Positions 12,679-23,840 of a stretch of 64,000 nt of DNA are shown here, piece by piece. The stretch is from Heterodontus francisci (taxonomy: Eukaryota), in NCBI RefSeq assembly GCF_036365525.1, contig NW_027140825.1, positions 1,550,001 through 1,614,000 on the forward strand, given 5' to 3'. The position numbers and the translations under genes are program-made. The number at the start of each line of letters is the position of its first letter. Position 1 is the first letter of the stretch. The notes beneath the pieces are model-generated. The model did no database searches. It saw only the letters and a program-made list of their open reading frames with translations, and had not been told where the DNA came from.

Positions 12679-12991
12679 CCAAAGGCAGCAGGAAACACCT
12701 GTTTCAGATAAAACCAGGCGGTGCTGCGTCCTGTTGGGTGTTTTCATCATTGGGAACATGTTTTTCACAAGACAGGGCGGATTTAAATAGATAGAGACTG
12801 GTTAGAAATAGAAGCCCAGGGGAATTGTGAAATAGACTTTACAGGAATGATATCAGGAAACAGAGGTTAAAGTTATCAAGATAGTTTGAACATCGGGGGA
12901 TCTTTGTTCCAGAAAGGAGAAGAATGAAGGGTAAACCTTCATCCGTCTTAGAGAGATTATTAAAGACTTTAATATGTGAAGTGAAGATCAG

Positions 12992-13128
12992 NNNNNNNNN
13001 NNNNNNNNNNNNNNNNNNNNNNNNNNNNNNNNNNNNNNNNNNNNNNNNNNNNNNNNNNNNNNNNNNNNNNNNNNNNNNNNNNNNNNNNNNNNNNNNNNNN
13101 NNNNNNNNNNNNNNNNNNNNNNNNNNNN
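12992..13128. other. Assembly gap (N)
   Basis: Run of N. Confidence 1.
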
Positions 13129-14454
13129 CATACATACATACGGTGTGGTTTTATGTCACAGTGTTTTCTTTCTCCAAAGGGACAGCAGAGTGCGCTGTAG
13201 GACCATGATAAACATCAGAGTCTGGAACACACTTGAACAGTAACCTGGGAACATAAGGAGAACATTCATCACCTCGGAAACACTCCGTCCTTCAATGAGA
13301 TCATGACTGATCAATAACTTCTTGTCGGTCCCTCTCTGCATTCCCCCCCTCTCTCTCTCTCTCTCTCCCTCCATCCCTCTCTCTCACTCTAGTTACCAAG
13401 CTGGTGTAAAATGAGAGAATGACAATTAACAACCCTGCCTTTTACAGGGGCAGTGACTGTCTCTCTCACTCGCTATTTCTCTACCTCTCTGACTTTCCCT
13501 CTATCTCTCTATTTCTCTACCTTTCCACATATCTATCTGTCTACCTGACTGTCTCTCTATCTAGCTCGTTATTTCTCTACCTATATGACTTTCCCTCTAT
13601 CTCTCTATTTCTCGACCTCTCTCCATATCTACCTGTCTACCTGACTGTCTCTCTATCCAGCTCGCTATTTCTCTACCTATCTGACTTTCCCTCTATCTAC
13701 CTCTCTCTCTATATCTACCTGTCTACCTGACTGTCTCTCTATCCAGCTCGCTATTTCACAACCTATCTGACTTTCCCTCGATCCCTCTATTTCTCTACCT
13801 CTCTCTATATCTATCTGTCTACCTGACTGTCTCTCGATCTATCTATCTCTCTACCTGGTTATCTATCTCTCTGTCTCTCTATCTATCTAACTATATCTTT
13901 AGGTGATTACAGTTTGTATGAATTAATTAAACATATTGCAGTAATGTAATGAATGCCCATCTTTTCATAGATTTTCTATATATTAACCAGTTGATGATCT
14001 GGTTTGTCATCAATTATCTATCAAAATCCTCTATGATCTTCAATATCTAGAATCACATCTACCATTAACCTTCTCTGCTCTAAGGGGATAAACCCCCAGC
14101 TTCTACAGTCTCTCCACAGTAACTGAAGTCCCTCATCCCTGGTTCCAGTCTGGTTCATCTCCCTCTAACCTTCACTACACAGAGGTGAACAACTCCCCAA
14201 TGTACAGGAACTAAACCAGCTCAGAACCCTTAGCCATCTGAGCACTGTTTCACACTGTAGAAAGGCGAGACCGCTCTCCAGATACCTTCATCTCTGGGAC
14301 ACCTGCCTCCTGACAGCGAGTTCAGAAGCTGCTGAAAACTCTTTACCCACTTTCATCTCAGACTCGAGTCACATTTGATGTGTTCTTCAAAGAAACTAGC
14401 AGTTCAGACCAGTGAACTATTTCACACTTTAACTCCGATTCAGCAACGAGGTAC

Positions 14455-14805
14455 GGGAGCAGAGCAGTTATGTTACTGGACTAGTAATCCAGAGGCCTGG
14501 ACTAATGATCCCCAGATATGAGTTCAGTTCTCAGCAGGGGCAGAAATGGAATTTAAATTTAATTAAGTAAATAAATAAAATCTGTAATGGAAAGTAAGAG
14601 CAATTCTGAACATGGAGTGTCGTAAAAAGCCAACGTATTCATTGATAACCTTCAGGGAAGGAAATCTGCCATTCTTACCCGGTCTGGCCTATATGTGACT
14701 GCAGACCCACAGCAATGTAGTTGACTGTTAACTGCCCTTTGATATGGCCCAGCAGGTATTCCCGAAGATGGTTCACCACCACCTTCTCAGGGGCAATAAG
14801 GGATG
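14455..14805 (+). mobile_element. tRNA-derived shark SINE (HE1-like) upstream of family-B promoter; further copies ~32115-32470, ~56070-56420, inverted at ~17370-17740 and ~34065-34350
   Basis: GTTACTGGACTAGTAATCCAGAG head, GGAAATCTGCC..CCGGTCTGGCCTA core, GGGCAATAAGGGATG tail; family name from recall. Confidence 0.65.
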
Positions 14806-15097
14806 TACACACTCTCTGGGTATGGAGGGTTGTTTCCCTGAATTCTACTCTATCAAATCCCTTTCTGAAATGTGAACACCTCTATTCAATCTCCCCCTAT
14901 CCTCCTGTGTTGTATCATTCTACAACATTGCTTTGCAAAGTAATGGGGAGGAGCAGAGTGTCGCAGTAAGTGACTGCCAATCACAATGACAACCGGATGC
15001 TGGGTATTTAATTGGATACAATATCGAAACCGACTGCAAGTGTGTTGTTGAAAACTCCACACGTTCACACATCGAGTTAGTATCGAATGAAGAAATC

Positions 15098-15930
15098 ATG
15101 TTGCATGAAGTTCTCTGTCTAACCTTGATGGCTGCACTCTTCCCACGTAAGTCAAAGTCAGAAACTGTGCACAATAATGTATTGTCATGTCAGCGGTGAT
15201 TCTGTCCAAAACACTCCTGTGTCAGAGTCTCACTACAGAACATTGAGCTCAAAGTCAAGGCTGACAACCCAGGTGTCAGGACCGAGGGAGTGCTGCACTG
15301 TCGCAGAGGCAGTACAGAGGGAATGCTGCACTATCGCAGAGGCTGTACTGAGAGAGTGCTGCACTGTCGCAGAGTCAGCACAGAGGGAGTGCTGCACTGT
15401 CACAGAGGCACTATTGAGGAAGTGCTGCACTGTCGACGAAGCAGCACTGAGGGAGTGCTGCACTGTCGCAGAGGCAGTACTGAGGGAGTACCTACATTGG
15501 TTGCAAAGCCCTTTCTGATGACCTGAGGTCCTGAACGGCGCTATATTAATGTAAGCCCTTTATTTCTTGCAATGCAGCTCCTGCTCCAATCCATTATTGA
15601 CTGAAATAATAATCTAATCGATGTTCCATTCCACAGGAATACTCTCCTCCTATGTGGAACAGTCGCCCTCTATCCTATCGCTTTCCGCAGGAGAGTCGAC
15701 AACACTCAGATGCACGCTGACCAATACTGACTATTCCTTTCTATACTGGTACAGACAACAAGCAGACAGGGCACTGGAAGCTCTGTTCTATTCTGCTACA
15801 GAAGGGTCTGTTACCAATTACACGTCCGAGTCATTTAAGGCAGTCAGAGCCAGCAATACACTGTTTACTTTGGCACTGAGAGACGCCGCTCCATCTCACA
15901 CCGCTGTCTACTTCTGCACTTGTAGTATCG
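15098..15930 (+). CDS. TRBV: V3: TCR beta V segment, family B, potentially functional; leader 15098-15146 (MLHEVLCLTLMAALFP), V exon 15637-15930
   Basis: GT/AG phase-1 intron, C..WYRQ..YFCTCS, open frame, consensus RSS. Confidence 0.93.
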
Positions 15931-15969
15931 CACAGTGTTTGAGAAAGCGGATCCGCAGCTGCAAAAACC
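15931..15969 (+). other. 23-RSS of V3
   Basis: CACAGTG-23-GCAAAAACC. Confidence 0.95.
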
Positions 15970-15989
15970 TGCAGTGGATGAATGGGAGT

Positions 15990-17199
15990 TCAGTGCTCAT
16001 CTTCCCCCGGCAGGGGGCAGCAGTAGATTAAATCTCAATGCTCATCTTCCCCCGGCAGGGGGCAGCAGTAGATTGAATCTCAGCGCTCATCTTCCCCCGG
16101 CAGGGGGCAGCAGTAGATTGAATCTCAGTGCTCATCTTCCCCCGGCAGGGGGCAGCAGTAGATTGAATCTCAGTGCTCATCTTCCCCCGGCAGGGGGCAG
16201 CAGTAGATTGAATCTCAGTGCTCATCTTCCCCCGGCAGGGGGCAGCAGTAGATTAAATCTCAGTGCTCATCTCCCCCCGGCAGGGGGCAGCAGTAGATTA
16301 AATCTCAGTGCTCATCTCCCCCCGGCAGGGGGCAGCAGTAGATTGAATCTCTGCGCTCATCTTCCCCCGGCAGGGGGCAGCAGTAGATTGAATCTCAGTG
16401 CTCATCTTCCCCTGGCAGGGGGCAGCAGTAGATTGAATCTCTGCGCTCATCTTCCCCCGGCAGGGGGCAGCAGTAGATTAAATCTCAGTGTTCATCTTCC
16501 CCCGGCAGGGGGCAGCAGTAGATTGAATCTCTGCGCTCATCTTCCCCCGGCAGGGGGCAGCAGTAGATTGAATCTCTGCGCTCATCTTCCCCCGGCAGGT
16601 GGCAGCAGTAGATTGAATCTCTGCGCTCATCTTCCCCCGGCAGGGGGCAGCAGTGGATTGAATCTCAGTGCTCATCTTCCCCCGGCAGGGGGCAGCAGTA
16701 GATTGAATCTCTGCGCTCATCTTCCCCCGGCAGGGGGCAGCAGTAGATTGAATCTCAGTGCTCATCTTCCCCCGGCAGGGGGCAGCAGTAGATTGAATCT
16801 CAGTGCTCATCTTCCCCCGGCAGGGGGCAGCAGTAGATTGAATCTCTGCGCTCATCTTCCCCCGGCAGGGGGCAGCAGTAGATTGAATCTCTGCGCTCAT
16901 CTTCCCCCGGCAGGGGGCAGCAGTAGATTGAATCTCTGCGCTCATCTTCCCCCGGCAGGGGGCAGCAGTAGATTGAATCTCAGTGCTCATCTTCCCCCGG
17001 CAGGGGGCAGCAGTAGATTGAATCTCAGTGCTCATCTTCCCCCGGCAGGGGGCAGCAGTAGATTGAATCTCTGCGCTCATCTTCCCCCGGCAGGGGGCAG
17101 CAGTAGATTGAATCTCAGTGCTCATCTTCCCCCGGCAGTGGGCAGCAGTAGATTGAATCTCAGTGCTCATCTTCCCCCGGCAGTGGGCAGCAGTAGATT
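15990..17199 (+). repeat. 45-bp tandem array, 27 copies, each with a CTCF-type core CCGGCAGGGGGCAGC
   Basis: Cores at 16007+45n to 17177; unit AATCTCAGTGCTCATCTTCCCCCGGCAGGGGGCAGCAGTAGATTG. The array is certain; CTCF binding is inferred. Confidence 0.95.
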
Positions 17200-18131
17200 T
17201 GATCCTCCCTGATGGTGATGGGCACAGTAATGAGCACAGACCAAGCTGTAGAATAGATCAGCAGCCCAGTGTGACCCAGATATTGTTCCACCTACTTCCC
17301 TCGGGCCAATGTTGCAGAAAACGTTTGCCAGGAGTCCCACCTGACCATTTGTGAATCAACATCTGGCTGTTTTTCTTAATTCGTTCATGGAATGTGGGCC
17401 TCGCTGGCTCTGCCATCATTTATTGCCCATCCCTAATTGCCCTTGAACTGAGTGACTTGCTTGGCCATTCCAGAGGGCATTTAACAGTCAACTACATTGT
17501 GTGGATCTGGAGTCACATGTAGACCAGACCAGGTGAAGGCGGTAGATTTCCTTCCCTAACATCAGTGAACGAGATGGATTGTTGCAACAATGGTCACCAT
17601 TAGACGAGATTCTTTTGAAAATATAGATTTATTAATGACATTGAAATGTCTTTATTTGTGTTGGTGGGATTCCCCCCCCCCCCCTCCCCCGCCCCACGTC
17701 GCTATAACTCTAGCCGAGGCTGTGGATTAAGAATCTAGTCAAGTCAGCCACGCACTAATACATCCCCTACAGGAGCAGATCATTTGGAATGCAGATGTCT
17801 ATAATTGGAAATCTACATGTGGCTAATGTGGGAATGCCGATGAGGTTCATTACGTACAATTGGAGATTTCTAATCAGTAAATTAGAAACTGAACAACAGA
17901 CACCCTTGTTGGGGATGTCAACAACACTTACTCCAGTCACTCAACCATCATAAGCAACCACGTCCATTCTGATTGGTTGGGTGCTGGAAGGGGCGTGTCC
18001 AACACTGCATTACTTCCTCATGCCCTTCATGTTTTACTCAATGATTTGTAAAGAGCGGATTGGTTAGTCACAGAACTGATTTCCTCTGTTCCACTTCCTT
18101 TGCTGTTTGAGAGGGCAGTGTCAAGTGGGAG

Positions 18132-18515
18132 ATGTATCTGTTCCTGGCTCTGATAATCCTGGGTCAAGGATACAAAGATTATCCTTCAGAACCTTCCTGT
18201 CTTCTCCCTGTCTCCCTTCCATTCCCAGAAGTTCCCTGTTTACTGATCTCCTCCTCTCTCCATCTCTCTCCCAGATGTGAACTCACAGACTATCCACCAG
18301 ACTCCCGCCGCAGTCTCCAGGTTTCCCGAGAAATGAGTGGAACTGAGGTGCACTGTGGAGGGGAGCAGCAGTCACCTCTCCATGTACTGGTACAGACAAG
18401 AGCCGGGGAAGGAGCCGCTGTTGATGTTTTACTCCAGTACTGTTAACTATGTGGATCCAGAGGGGACGGTGGGCGGTTTCACCGCCGAGAGACCGACTGA
18501 CTCCCAGTTCAACCT
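18132..18515 (+). pseudogene. TRBV: V4: family A pseudogene, 3'-truncated
   Basis: Leader donor deleted, TGA at 18334, FR3 end and RSS deleted after 18515. Confidence 0.92.
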
Positions 18516-18550
18516 TTGCTCCAGAAAGGAGAAGACTGAAGGGTAAACAC

Positions 18551-18604
<54 letters not shown>

Positions 18605-19559
18605 TACGGTGTGGTGTCATGTCACTGTGTTTCCTTTCTCCAAAGGGACAGCAGAGTGCACTGTAGGACCATGATAAACATCAGAGTCTGCAACACACTT
18701 TAACAGTGACCTGGGAACACAAGGAGACCATTCATCACCTCGGAAACACTCCGACCTTCAATGAGATCATGACTGATCAATAACTTCCTGTCGCTCCCTC
18801 TTTCCATCCCTCTTTCTCCATCCCTCTCTCCATCCCCCTCTCTCCCCATCTCTCCATCCCTCTTTCTCCAAACCTACGCTCCCTCTCTCTCCCTCCCTCT
18901 CTCTCCCACTAGCTACAAAGCCGGTGTAAAACGAGAGAATGCCAATTAACATCCCTGTCTTTAACATGGGCAGTGACTGCCTCTCTATCTAGCTCGCTAA
19001 ATCTCTACCTATCTGACTTTCCCTCTATCTCTGTATTTCTCTACCTCTCTATATATCTATCTTTGTACCTGACTGTCTATCTATCTATCTCTCTACCTGG
19101 TTATCTATCGCTCTTTCTCGCTATCTATCTAACTCTATCTTTAGCTGATTACAGTTTGTATGAACTGATTAAACATACTGTAATAATGTAATGAATGACC
19201 ATCTTTTCAGAGATTTTCTATATATTGACCAGTCGATGATGTGGTTTGTCATCAATTATCTATCAAAATCCTCTATGATCTTCAATGTCTGTATCACATC
19301 TACCATTAACCTTCTGTGCTGCAAGTAGAGAAACCCCCACATTCTCCAGTCTCTCCACAGTAACTGAAGTCCCTCATCCCTGGCACCAGTCTGGTTAATA
19401 TCCCTCTCACCTTCACTGCACAGAGGGGAACAACCCCCAATGCACAGGGACTCAATACATCCGGTGATAAAACACAGAGACAGAGAGAGTGAATCAGGGA
19501 GACATAGAGAGGAAAAACTCAGCGTAAATGAACGGGACAGAGGGAGACAGAGAGAGAAC

Positions 19560-19597
<38 letters not shown>

Positions 19598-19777
19598 TAC
19601 AGAGTGAGAAAGAGATTGAAAGAGTTGGAGACATAAAGCTCGATACATGCAGAGAGAGAGAGAGAGAGATAGAAACAAAGTGTAAGAAAGAGAGAGGAAG
19701 GCGGATTGAGATAGATAGAGAGAGAGACGTTGTCAACCTACTCCACTCTAACTTGTTGACCTGGGCGTCACCATCTC

Positions 19778-19790
19778 TGCATCACTTCCT
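19778..19790 (+). promoter_or_regulatory. Family A promoter motif TGCATCACTTCCT (ETS AGGAAGTG plus decamer-like AGTGATGCA on minus strand)
   Basis: Recurs ~115-125 bp before the ATG of V2, V4, V5, V7, V8, V13, V14, V16, V17, V18. Confidence 0.55.
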
Positions 19791-19903
19791 AACGCTCTCC
19801 CTGTTCCTCCCAATGATTTGTAAAGAGTGGGTTGGTTATTAACAACACTCATCACTCCTGCTCTCTTCTCTTTGCTGATTCAGAGGGCAGCTTCAAGTAA
19901 AAG

Positions 19904-20378
19904 ATGTATCTGTTACTGACTCTGATCACCCTGTTTCACCGTAAGGGATTTTATTGAAACAATAATTCTACTTAACATTTCTTTCATTTTATTTATTTTT
20001 GATTCTCTCTCTCTCTCTTCTCTCTCCCCAAGGCACTGAATGTCCCTGTTTACTGATCTCTCTGTCTCTTTCCCAGATGTGAACTCACAGACTATCCACC
20101 AGACTCCCACCGCTGTCTCTAAATTGCCTGGTGAGAGAGTGGAACTGAAGTGCACTGTGCAGGGCAGCAGCACCAGTATCCTATACATGTACTGGTACAG
20201 ACAATACCCGGGGAAGGAGCCACAGATGATGTTTTACTCTATCGCTGCACAAAACGTGAAATCAGAGGGGATGGTGGACGGTTTCACCGCCGAGAGACCG
20301 AGTAACTTCGACTTCAACCTGGAGTCCTCCAGCCTGCGGGAGGATCACTCGGCCGTGCATTTCTGTGCCTGGAGTCTT
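19904..20378 (+). CDS. TRBV: V5: family A V, open frame; leader 19904-19940, V exon 20077-20378; conserved Tyr replaced (HFC)
   Basis: MYLLLTLITLFH-H-VNSQTIHQTP...HFCAWSL; functionality uncertain. Confidence 0.88.
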
Positions 20379-20417
20379 CACAGAGACTCAGAGAGATGGA
20401 GCAGTTCAACAAAAACC
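20379..20417 (+). other. 23-RSS of V5 with variant heptamer
   Basis: CACAGAG-23-ACAAAAACC. Confidence 0.9.
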
Positions 20418-20494
20418 CCAAAGGCAGCAGGAAACACCTGTGGACTTTAAAACTGCTCGGAGCCGAGAACTTCTTTCGTTTAGCAGAGCGAAAG

Positions 20495-22124
20495 AATACT
20501 GAGATTCAGGCTACTCGGCTAGATGGGATTGAGGTTCACAAGGAGGAGGTGTTAGCAATTTTGGAAAGTGTGAAAATAGATAAGTCCCCTGGGCCAGATG
20601 GGATTTATCCTAGGATTCTCTGGGAAGCCAGGGAGGAGATTGCAGAGACTTTGTCCTTGATCTTTATGTCATCATTGTCGACAGGAATAGTGCTGGAAGA
20701 CTGGAGGATAGCAAATGTTGTCCCCTTGTTCAAGAAGGGGAGTAGAGACAGCCCTGGTAATTATAGACCTGTGAGCCTTACTTCGGTTGTGGGTAAAATG
20801 TTGGAAAAGGTTACAAGAGACAGGATTTATAATCATCTTGAAAAGAATAAGTTCATTAGCGATAGTCAGCACGGTTTTGTGAAAGGTAGGTCGTGCCTCA
20901 CAAACCTTATTGAGTTTTTCGAGAAGGTGACCAAACAGGTGGATGAGGGTAAAGCCGTGGATGTGGTCTATATGGATTTCAGTAAGGCGTTTGATAAGGT
21001 TCCCCACGGTAGGCTATTGCAGAAAATACGGAAGTATGGGGTTGAAGGTGAATTAGTGCCTTGGATCAGAAATTGGCTAGCTGAAAGAAGACAGAGGGTG
21101 GTGGTTAATGGCAAATGTTCATCCTGGAGTTTAGTTACTAGTGGTGTACCGCAAGGATCTGTTTTGGGGCCACTGCTGTTTGTCATTTTTATAAATGACC
21201 TGGAAGAGGGTGTAGAAGGGTGGGTTAGTAAATTTGCAGATGACACTAAGGTCGGTGGAGTTGTGGATAGTGCCGAAGGATGTTGTAGGGTACAGAGGGA
21301 CATAGATAGGCTGCAGAGCTGGGCTGAGAGATGGCAAATGGAGTTTAATGCGGAAAAGTGCGAGGTGATTCACTTTGGAAGGAGTAACAGGAATGCAGAG
21401 TACTGGGCTAATGGGAAGATTCTTGGTAGTGTAGATGAACAGAGAGATCTTGGTGTCCAGGTGCATAAATCCCTGAAGGTTGCTACCCAGGTTAATAGGG
21501 CTGTTAAGAAGGCATATGGTGTGTTAGCTTTTATTAGTAGGGGGATCGAGTTTCGGAGCCACGAGGTCATGCTGCAGCTGTACAAAACTCTGGTGAGACC
21601 GCACCTGGAGTATTGCGTGCAGTTCTGGTCACCGCATTATAGGAAGGATGTGGAAGCTTTGGAAAAGGTGCAGAGGAGATTTACTAGGATGTTGCCTGGT
21701 ATGGAGGGAAGGTCCTACGAGGAAATGTTGAGGGACTTGAGGTTGTTTTCGTTGGAGAGAAGGAGGAGGAGAGGTGACTTAATAGAGACATATAAGATAA
21801 TCAGAGGGTTAGATAGGGTGGATAGTGAGAGTCTTTTTCCTCGGATGGTGATGGCAAACACGAGGGAACATAGCTTTAAGTTGAGGGGTGATAGATATAG
21901 GACAGATGTCAGAGGTAGTTTCTTTACACAGAGAGTAGTATGGGCGTGGAACGCCCTGCCTGCAACAGTAGTAGACTCGCCAACTTTAAGGGCATTTAAG
22001 TGGTCATTGGATAGACATATGGATGAAAATGGAATAGTGTAGGTCAGATGGTTTCACAGGTCGGCGCAACATCGAGGGCCGAAGGGCCTGTACTGCGCTG
22101 TAATGTGCTAATTCTAATTCTAAT
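20495..22124 (+). mobile_element. 5'-truncated young CR1 LINE with uninterrupted RT frame (stop at 22042) and (ATTCTA)n tail
   Basis: KSPGPDG, YRPVSLTS, DFSKAFD, PQGSVLGP, FADD; no endonuclease domain. Confidence 0.95.
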
Positions 22125-22241
22125 AACAAAAACACCAAAGGCAGCAGGAAAGATTTGTAAAGAGTGGATTTGGACCCTCACAAGACTCTAAGCTCCTACT
22201 GTCACTCCTGTGTCTATTAAGAGAACAAGTTACAGTGAAAG

Positions 22242-22697
22242 ATGTATCTGTTAATAGGTCTGATAATCCTGTTTCACTGCAAGTGATCATGAAATGCAAA
22301 GATTATCGTTAATAACCTTCCTCTCCTCTCCCTGTCTCCCTTTCATTCCCAGAAATTCCCTGTTTACTGATCTCCTCCTCTGTCCATCTCTGTCCCAGAT
22401 GTGAACTGACAGACTATCCACCAGACTCCCACCGCTGTCTCCAGATTTCCCGGGAAAGGAGTAGAACTGATGTGCACTGTCAAGGGGAGCAGCAGTAGCA
22501 TCTCCATGTACTGATACAGACAACACCCGGGGAAGGAGCCGCTGTTGATGTTTTACTCCAGTACTGCTAACTATGTGGATCCAGAGGGGACGGGGAAAGG
22601 TTTTACCGCCGAGAAAATTAATAAGTACGAGTTCAAACTGGAGTCCTCCAGCCTGCGTGAGAATCACTCGGCCGTGTATTTCTGTGCCTGGAGTCTT
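22242..22697 (+). pseudogene. TRBV: V6: family A pseudogene; leader 22242-22278, V exon 22399-22697
   Basis: GC donor, TGA after VN, Trp->TGA, truncated promoter. Confidence 0.93.
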
Positions 22698-22730
22698 CAC
22701 AGTGAGAGATGGAGCAGTTCAACAAAAACC
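22698..22730 (+). other. Defective RSS of V6 (17-bp spacer)
   Basis: CACAGTG-17-ACAAAAACC. Confidence 0.9.
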
Positions 22731-23269
22731 CCAAAGGCAGCAGGAAACACCTGTTTCAGATAAAACCAGGCGGTGCTGCGTCCTGTTGGTTGTTTTTGGC
22801 ATTGGAAAAGTGTTTTTCACAAGAAGACAGGGCGGATTTAAACAGAAAGTGAGAGGTTAGAAATAGAAGCACAGGGGAATTGTGAAATAGACTTTACAGG
22901 AATGATATCGGAACAAAGATAGTTTGAACATCTTTGCTCCAGAAAGGAGAAGACTGAAGGGTGAACATTCATAGTTCTTAGAAAGATTATAAAAGGCTTT
23001 AATGTGTGAAGTGAAGATCAGATAGGTAGGGAGATAGGTCGATAGATAGCTGGCAGGCAGACAGACACTGTTGTGTTTTATTCACTGACTGTGTTGTCTT
23101 TATCCAAAGGGACAGCAGAGGGCGGTGTAGGACCGTGATAAGTATCAGATTATTGATGATGTTTCAATAGGGACTTTGAAACTTGTCTATGAACCTCTCC
23201 TGATAATTATAGAACTACATCCCGGTTACAGTCTGGTGAACTGAACACAAGGTACCGCAGATGCTGGAT

Positions 23270-23840
23270 GGTTTAGGTTCTGGGCGCTCTGTCACTATAT
23301 TGGAGCTCATTGCGTTTCTGGGATATAAATAAATAAGGATGGAAATACTAATCAGGTCAGACAGCCTCTGTGGAGAGAGACAAAATATTAACATATCAGG
23401 TCGTAGACCTTTCAACAGAACTGGAAGGATTTAGTGATCTATCAGCTATTAAGCAGCAGAAAGCCAGGGAGAGGGAGAATGGGAGGAATGCAGGAGAGAT
23501 TTAATAACAAAACTGAGGCTGGTGCAAGACAAAGGAGATGTTAATGGGTCAAGAAAAGAACAAGAGATGGGTCTAGAGGAGGTGAAAGTAGCAGAAACAC
23601 AATCATTACCAACAAACCTCTGCCCATATAAACCGGAGCAGTTGTTATGATCAGAAATTGTTCAACTCATTGTTGAGCCCTGAAAGCTGTAAAGAATCCA
23701 ATTGAAAGATGATGTGCTTTTCTTCGAGTTTCTGTGCAGCTTCACTGGAGCAGAGAAGGAGGTCGAGGACAGAGAGGTCAGGGTGGGAGTGGGAATGAGA
23801 ATTAAAAGTATCCGCTAAACGGAATCTCAGGGTCACACTT
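23270..23840 (-). mobile_element. Penelope-like retroelement 3' fragment (copy at ~46790-47360; short related piece ~7665-7850)
   Basis: FNSHSHSH.DLSVL.LL....KLEEKHIIFQL..LQ.SGLN resembles the GIY-YIG C-terminus. Confidence 0.65.

Noticed and set aside
15935-17212. 425-aa ORF of AHLPPAGGSSRLNLS repeats (and 230-aa antisense ORF)
   Set aside because: Translation of a 45-bp (multiple of 3) tandem unit; starts at a non-ATG codon inside the RSS; no gene structure
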